Below, one piece after another: positions 60,001-64,000 of a stretch of DNA of 64,000 nt (the first letter of the stretch is position 1; each line of letters opens with the position of its first letter). This DNA is from Phoronis australis. Its lineage: Eukaryota > Animalia > Phoronida. The notes under the pieces were generated by a model that worked only from the letters and a program-made list of their open reading frames with translations, did not search any database and had not been told where the DNA came from. Both the position numbers and the translations under genes were made by a program. The stretch spans positions 124,001-188,000 of the forward strand of contig NMRA01000422.1 of the NCBI GenBank assembly GCA_002633005.1. Direction: 5' to 3'.

Positions 60001-62428
60001 TTCTTTGAAATTCCAAGAAAGATTGTTTACCCATAGTTATACGTTGTTAGTGCTCTTGGATGGACTCTATGACAAGTATTTAATGTCTGACTTTCGTAAT
60101 ATGAATGAAAATTTACGTCAGGAATTTGTTCCTTTCTGAGTTCCAGAGACCCATTTAACTTGAAGTTATTTTGTAATGGGAAATGAAGTGAATAAGGGAC
60201 GAAGTTGCCAACAAATTTGCTGACAGTACTAATCCAGATGGTAATATCCTTTTCATTATGCAGGCGCAAAAGTCCTATTAAGTCTACCAAGTTAAAGTCT
60301 GGACTCTTCAGTGGTAAGAAGCCGCTCTCACATGAAGAATCGTCAGAGGATGGGACTGTTAGAAGCATTAAATTTGGCAACATGCCCTCTTACAGGTGAG
60401 CAGTTTCCTGGGGGTTTACCGGGATTTCCATGACACAGCTGGTTCATTCGCTATGTTTACTAATGACAGTTTCATATCACGGAAACTTCAGTCTGTCAAA
60501 CTGTCGCTGCTACTGTGTCCTTTTTTTTCCCATTAGCCTCTGCTTGGCTAGCAATGTTGGACTTTTATGGCGCTCCAGTCTGGATTAAACACTACAACGG
60601 ATTTGTATGAGGTCCCAAGTTGGAACTTAGTCAGTCTAATAGGTAATCCACCGCAGCCCCTCCTACCTATCGTCTCGTTGATTTTGAGAACCACTGCTAT
60701 TGCGTTTTCCCATTAGCCTCTCCTTGACCAGAAATGTTGAACTTATCACTATATGGCGCTCCAGTCTGTGGATTAAACATTACGTCAGTCTAATGGGGAA
60801 TCCACTACGGCCCCTCCTTCCTATCACGTAATTGAATTTAGTTGTGCTCTCATAGGGATGTGTTTATATATTCATGAAAATAAAATTAATTTTCCATTTC
60901 TGATTTTATCGAAGAGAATTTCTCAAAGAAATGAGTCTTGCCTTATTTTTTGAATGTGCATTGTTTTGTTTTAATGTATTGTATGTTATTGTATTGTATT
61001 GTATTGAATTGTATCTTGTTACTTTCGTATTTTAGATATGACAAAAGAAATGGTCATGCAAAGGGGCGGAGCAGAGCCCGACGAAAAGATAGAGAGTCGG
61101 GCAGTGACGAAGAGTCGACTTCCAATCATGTTGAGCCAGAGATAGACAACAGACCCGAGGTGAAAATTCCTGAAGAATTGTCACGTGTTCCTGAACGAGG
61201 CATCCTGAAGAACAGCAGTCGTTTTCAGGATGATGACTCCGCAGAATGCAGTTGCGATGAACTTCACGGTGATGCTTCAGATGTTGAAAACGAAGTTGAC
61301 ATTGTCAAGGACTTTGTTGGGAAGAGGAAAGTGAGGTCCCGGGAGCATGTGGATTCTCCGACGTATCGTGATTTTAAGGATTTGTCCCAGTATAGTAGCC
61401 TGGAGGATGTGGCGCCTCCTGGTATCAGCAACACAAATCAAGCAAAACCTGTCGACCTGTCAAAATTGAGGTCATCTTCGCCTGGAAAGGAAACACAGCT
61501 CATCAAACTGCGCAGCATTGATGACTTGATTACAAAAATCGATTCGCAGTCTCTGTCACCGGACGTCGTTTCTCCTGCCAACTCGGACGAAATGAAGTAT
61601 AGCGAGACAGAGGTCGACCATGATTATCAAAATGGCGCGGGACCACTTGTGCACCAGCCATCCTCAGAACACTATGCACCGAGTGACAACGTTGACTCGG
61701 CTAATGAGAGCGGATTTGATACGGGTTGTGAACAGAACACGGTAACCAGTGTTAGTGTTGACGACATCCCACTGGAGACTTACACTGCGCCATCGTGTTA
61801 TTACCCGCTGAGTCCTGGTGTGCACAAGGCTTCAACAGGCACTGCGTTCCAACCATACAGTCAGCATTATATTGATGGTACTGACGATGGTGATGGCAGT
61901 CACAAGATGTCGTCATCGAGATTTCGCCATGTTAGTCCTGCAGTGAAATCTCCCAACTGCTTCAATGGACATGTAAATGAAGACGCTAGACTGAGCAAAA
62001 GTCCCGATAGACTTGTTCATATTAAACGGCCACCTTCTCCGACGAAGTACTCTTTCAGCGATGGTTCTGATGGAGAGTCATATAGACCCTCTTCGCAAAG
62101 TGGATTTCCTTCGCAGTCCTTCCGGCCACAGCCTCGGTCTACTTTATTCAACAACAGTTTGGAAAATGGAGGAAAAAATGTAGCCAAATCTTCATATAAT
62201 CCTCGCCATAACAGTTCTGATGGTGAGGATTTTGCCAAGTCAGATGATGGCTCTTGTTCACCTGTTGGTGACACAGACTCCATTGACTTCGCTAAAAATC
62301 GGACTGATCGTGTCCCTTACAGTAAAGTGGGACGTGGTGACACTCCAGTGCGGGAGCCCAGTGGTGACGAAGACCACATACGGAGAAATTCTTATATTCT
62401 GGCAACAGATGGTGCTGTTGAGGTGTGA
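21019..62428 (+). CDS. mmd: Disintegrin and metalloproteinase domain protein, mind-meld/UNC-71/ADAM11-22-23-like, predicted catalytically inactive; 21 coding exons, ~1312 aa
   Basis: Exons join in frame (3939 nt): signal peptide, prodomain (EHCYYHG, Cys-switch KTCG), furin site REKR, reprolysin domain with HMIGHNIGLSHD and Met-turn CLM, disintegrin (CGNG..ERGEECDCG; QCD), Cys-rich, EGF, TM and long tail. HMIGHNIG and FGxMPSYR recall insect mind-meld (from memory; orthology untested). Confidence 0.92.
23744..24009. repeat. 19-bp minisatellite x14 (GAATTTATGTATATGAATS)
   Basis: Direct reading: 6 units end in G, then 8 end in C. Confidence 0.95.
24682..24756. repeat. 15-bp tandem repeat x5 (AAAGTACAGTATTTC)
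   Basis: Direct reading; only one unit in the other duplicate copy (~23422). Confidence 0.95.
25975..26083. mobile_element. ~100-bp foldback MITE (TTTTGAGAACCA...TGGTTCTCAAAA family)
   Basis: Whole element is an imperfect hairpin; related copies at 31468-31562 and 41892-41991. Confidence 0.6.
27582..27622 (+). ncRNA. Minimal type I hammerhead-ribozyme-like motif (Penelope-like element relic)
   Basis: cat-GTGAACA-a-GGGCCTG agctg CAGGCTC-GAAA-CG-TC-atg: core with G3:C8, 7-bp stem II, palindromic loopless stem III (ACGT) and 3-bp stem I. Confidence 0.5.
29755..30027. mobile_element. MITE with CTGGGTCCAATTTCATGA...TTATGAAACTGACCCCAG TIRs
   Basis: 18-bp imperfect TIRs; related degenerate pieces near 27401, 53135-53387 and 56465-56750. 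Confidence 0.55.
31468..31562. mobile_element. ~100-bp foldback MITE
   Basis: AGTCACCTACAGGGGTC...TTTTGAGAACCAATTT/AAATTGGTTCTCAAAA...GATCCCCGTTAGTGACT. Confidence 0.65.
32893..33187 (+). CDS. mmd: ADAM exon 2 (prodomain), copy A
   Basis: ttttaag|GKHGRKSRKN...YKIVTPVQVR...KYKIKLSLN K|gtaagg; phase 1 to 2. Confidence 0.85.
33738..33804 (+). CDS. mmd: ADAM exon 3 (prodomain), copy A
   Basis: gtttcag|NLLSDTFIQKHYLTDDTQVISK|gtgaga; phase 2 to 0. Confidence 0.85.
34075..34341. repeat. 63-bp minisatellite, more than 4 units (shorter, diverged array at 35955-36116)
   Basis: TTATGAAGGAGGGATTCCC recurs at 34080, 34144, 34207, 34270 and 34333. Confidence 0.92.
34772..35066 (+). CDS. mmd: ADAM exon 2, copy B (allelic duplicate)
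   Basis: Same peptide as copy A, with 3 synonymous differences. Confidence 0.7.
35623..35689 (+). CDS. mmd: ADAM exon 3, copy B (allelic duplicate)
   Basis: Identical to 33738-33804. Confidence 0.7.
41431..41577 (+). CDS. mmd: ADAM exon 4 (prodomain)
   Basis: tttcag|NVEHCYYHGQVRKIPDSMVAVSTCHGLTGVIRLHNDTYIIQPLVNRQTG|gtatga. Confidence 0.95.
41892..41991. mobile_element. ~100-bp foldback MITE
   Basis: AGTCACCTACAGGGGTCC...TTTTGAGAACCAGTTT/AAACTGGTTCTCAAAA...GGAGTCCTGTAAGTGACT. Confidence 0.65.
42390..42444 (+). CDS. mmd: ADAM exon 5 (cysteine switch)
   Basis: tttcag|TAQVHVIYKTAPSKDKTC G|gtaagt. Confidence 0.9.
43260..43342 (+). CDS. mmd: ADAM exon 6
   Basis: ttgtag|GNQSGLWQSYQQLYTAEFLQRRKLMLLR|gtaaac; supplies the required phase 1 to 0 link and the first R of R|EKR. 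Confidence 0.82.
43374..43469. repeat. 22-bp tandem repeat, ~4.4 units (GGCATGCTCTTGTTCATTGAAG)
   Basis: Direct reading; starts about 30 bp after the exon 6 donor. Confidence 0.9.
44501..44566 (+). CDS. mmd: ADAM exon 7
   Basis: tttcag|EKRKVTEEVKYIELALVFDYSM|gtaagt. Confidence 0.93.
45214..45285 (+). CDS. mmd: ADAM exon 8
   Basis: ttgcag|YLQKNSSLAKINSYALQVANIIDM|gtaagt. Confidence 0.93.
46095..46261 (+). CDS. mmd: ADAM exon 9
   Basis: ttacag|YYKQLNTRVALVFVEVWNEGD...HDVAHLI T|gtgaga. Confidence 0.95.
47254..47478 (+). CDS. mmd: ADAM exon 10 (zinc motif)
   Basis: ttgcag|ARTFDNDQVGMAIPDSICT...AHMIGHNIGLSHD...CLMKENV F|gtacgt. Confidence 0.95.
47824..47932 (+). CDS. mmd: ADAM exon 11
   Basis: tttcag|DVDGLAPESFSECS...GYCLFSDPEA|gtatgt. 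Confidence 0.93.
48087..48132. repeat. GA/GGGA microsatellite containing an N
   Basis: Direct reading. Confidence 0.85.
52132..52206 (+). CDS. mmd: ADAM exon 12 (disintegrin start)
   Basis: ttacag|SAYYQQHCGNGNVERGEECDCGPEG|gttagt. Confidence 0.93.
54023..54112 (+). CDS. mmd: ADAM exon 13 (disintegrin)
   Basis: cttcag|[30 protein letters not shown]|gtaagt. Confidence 0.95.
54870..55065 (+). CDS. mmd: ADAM exon 14 (disintegrin loop / Cys-rich)
   Basis: tcgcag|VLTSTHQCREAVSQCDVPEFCNG...CYQGRC...QCRNIWGQ D|gtaagt. Confidence 0.95.
55615..56032. mobile_element. Degenerate MITE with internal GATACCAAAA sub-repeats
   Basis: GCCGGGAG start and CCTTCGGGC end; repeated GATACCAAAA/ATACCAAA units. 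Confidence 0.4.
56337..56445 (+). CDS. mmd: ADAM exon 15 (Cys-rich)
   Basis: cttcag|AKTANELCYVTFNPTGNLMGHCGKDAKGKFVPCED E|gtaagt. Confidence 0.93.
57385..57504 (+). CDS. mmd: ADAM exon 16 (Cys-rich)
   Basis: ttttag|HVRCGLLHCSGG...GGLMFEC K|gtaagt. Confidence 0.93.
58123..58300 (+). CDS. mmd: ADAM exon 17 (Cys-rich / EGF)
   Basis: tttcag|IANGQ...GMVMDGTRCGRDHMCLYQACV...NETCSGNG|gtgagt. Confidence 0.95.
58561..58886. mobile_element. Tc1/mariner (pogo-type) MITE
   Basis: TA|CAGTCAAACC ... GGTTTGACTG|TA: perfect 10-bp TIR and TA TSD, in ADAM intron 17. Confidence 0.75.
58936..59122 (+). CDS. mmd: ADAM exon 18 (EGF and Thr/Pro stalk)
   Basis: ttccag|VCTTLSKCFCNDLWEGSDCS...NADP V|gtgaga. Confidence 0.9.
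59790..59886 (+). CDS. mmd: ADAM exon 19 (transmembrane)
   Basis: tttcag|VGGIGTMWLIIILAAVIGIVVMVLAFTALCY R|gtagga. Confidence 0.93.
60264..60395 (+). CDS. mmd: ADAM exon 20 (cytoplasmic)
   Basis: atgcag|RKSPIKS...VRSIKFGNMPSY R|gtgagc. Confidence 0.9.
60525..60830 (+). repeat. Diverged local direct repeat (~130-150 bp x2) in the last ADAM intron
   Basis: TTTCCCATTAGCCTCT...ATGGCGCTCCAGTCTG...GTCAGTCTAAT...CCCCTCCT.CCTATC occurs at ~60526 and ~60706. Confidence 0.75.
61036..62428 (+). CDS. mmd: ADAM exon 21 (terminal, 463 aa of cytoplasmic tail)
   Basis: ttttag|YDKRNGHAKG...DGAVEV*; lies inside ORF 60938-62428 and phase 2 fits exon 20. Confidence 0.9.
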
Positions 62429-63786
62429 GGGTCACATGTTTTGAGAACACAACTTGGGAAAATGCTGAGTTGTGATTTTATAAAATCTCGTTAACTGTTA
62501 ATATTTTTATGGACAGCTACTTATGTCTTCCATAAATTTTTGATGATTTTTAAAGTAAGGTTTTTGTAAGATTTTATAACATGTCACGCTATTTTGTGTT
62601 CTTGTGATAGCTATTATTTAGTGTTGCTAAGATAAGCATTTTCAGATTTGCTGGTCTACTTGCAACCATTCTACTGTGAGTTTCGTTGCCGCCAATATAG
62701 GTCTATCGCCGTATCACTTCCTCCACTGAGTATCTCTAATAGAACAATGAATGTATGTTTGAATATGTGGACAAACTTGGTTTCCACGGATTAACTATAC
62801 TATTGTCAGGAAAGGCAGCATGCTGCAGGATTAGATGTTTTATAAAATTGTTAAGTTTTCGTAGTTGTGACATCAATTATTTCCCCTTGACTTTTGATCA
62901 GTGATAAACAAGTAAAGTACTCATTACCATATTCCAAATAATTGTGTCACTAGGTGTCGCAAGTGAAGCAAGGGACCTTGCCATAGAAACGTCTGCATTC
63001 AGGTTCTTTGTCACAGAAACACCGCCATGTTCATAAACTGCTTTCAGCTTGGTTAGGAATTGATGCTGTTAATTTTTGGGAATCGGCAGGTTTTGTTTTG
63101 ACATAGACACTTTTAGTTTATGTTCAAATCTCCAGCCCTTTCAGCCAGCTTCGAATTAAGCACTAAGTCGATTTAATATCTGAATGTAGTTTGTACCAGT
63201 ATTTGTTGAGAGAATTTGAATGTTTTGATTGTATGCTCATTAATTCGTTGGTGAAGTTGAGAAAGTGAACTAACCTCTATGATTAAAAACATGAAACAAT
63301 CGCATTACATGGAAATTACACACACTAAACATCATTGAGAATGTGTACAGTTCCAAGTATGGAAATTTAAGTTCAGAAGTTTGTGTGATCAAATCATGAA
63401 TCACAATTATATTGGCACCAAAATTGTGTTGAAATTATAAATTTTACAATTACCCTCAACATTTGTTTTGGTCTTGAAGGTATTGCATCCCTCCATGCAC
63501 TAATCTTATTATTTGTTGTCAAATTTGGTTCCCGTATTATGCAAATACTGTTTTACAAAAATTCTGATCAATCCCAGTGGAACATTTTGGATCTAATGTT
63601 TAGTTGCCAATTATCAGTTTTTCCAATTTTTGTGAGAGAACTCGTATTTAATGTCTTGGGTCTGCATGCATTTCATGATAATGCTGTCCTGTATTTCAGT
63701 TTGTTAGTTATTGTATATTTTTGTAAGAAGAGTTTATTAGTGAATTTATATGCAGATTATTCTACGCAGTTTCAGTATTGTGTAAG

Positions 63787-63931
63787 TTGGTACAGGGCAA
63801 GATGTCCCGTCTTGGTTGGTACAGGGCAAGATGTCCTGTCTTGGTTGGTACAGGGCAAGATGTCCTGTCTTGGTTGGTACAGGGCAAGATGTCCCGTCTT
63901 GGTTGGTACAGGGCAAGATGTCCTGTCTTGG
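63787..63931. repeat. 29-bp tandem repeat x5 (TTGGTACAGGGCAAGATGTCCYGTCTTGG)
   Basis: Direct reading; explains ORF 63772-63960. Confidence 0.95.
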
Positions 63932-64000
63932 TCGTCCTTGCTGCTGTATGTTGAAGCCAAGGGCCTGGAGTCTATTCTGCTAACTCAAACTAAATTCGAA

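Noticed and set aside
60938-62428. 496-aa ORF as a stand-alone gene
   Set aside because: Its first ~33 codons are intronic low-complexity sequence; the acceptor at 61035 joins it in phase to ADAM exon 20.

Overview
Metazoan (probably marine invertebrate/lophotrochozoan; inference) genomic DNA, AT-rich, with two intron-containing + strand genes rebuilt by hand from GT-AG sites and reading phase. (1) TMEM19: 7 coding exons, 9768-15829, about 356 aa. (2) A mind-meld/UNC-71/ADAM11-22-23-type ADAM: 21 coding exons, 21019-62428, about 1312 aa, whose zinc motif HMIGHNIGLSHD lacks the catalytic Glu and which has a ~500 aa cytoplasmic tail. The rest is nested DNA-transposon relics (a long-TIR Sola2-like element, a TTAA-flanked Kolobok-like element with a THAP remnant), MITEs, a LINE 3' fragment, a tRNA-derived SINE head and minisatellites. 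Five 0.7-2 kb tandem duplications each straddle an N gap and look like uncollapsed haplotypes, not real duplications. Best leads: a minimal hammerhead-ribozyme motif with a compensatory G3:C8 core swap inside a 150-nt foldback in ADAM intron 1; a TE-borne array of co-oriented CTCF-like motifs at ~144 bp spacing in TMEM19 intron 3; PP1-docking and PDZ motifs in the pseudo-protease tail; and candidate in-frame microexons in ADAM intron 11. No prokaryotic-type system (CRISPR, operon) is present. No searches were run; family assignments rest on recalled motifs.
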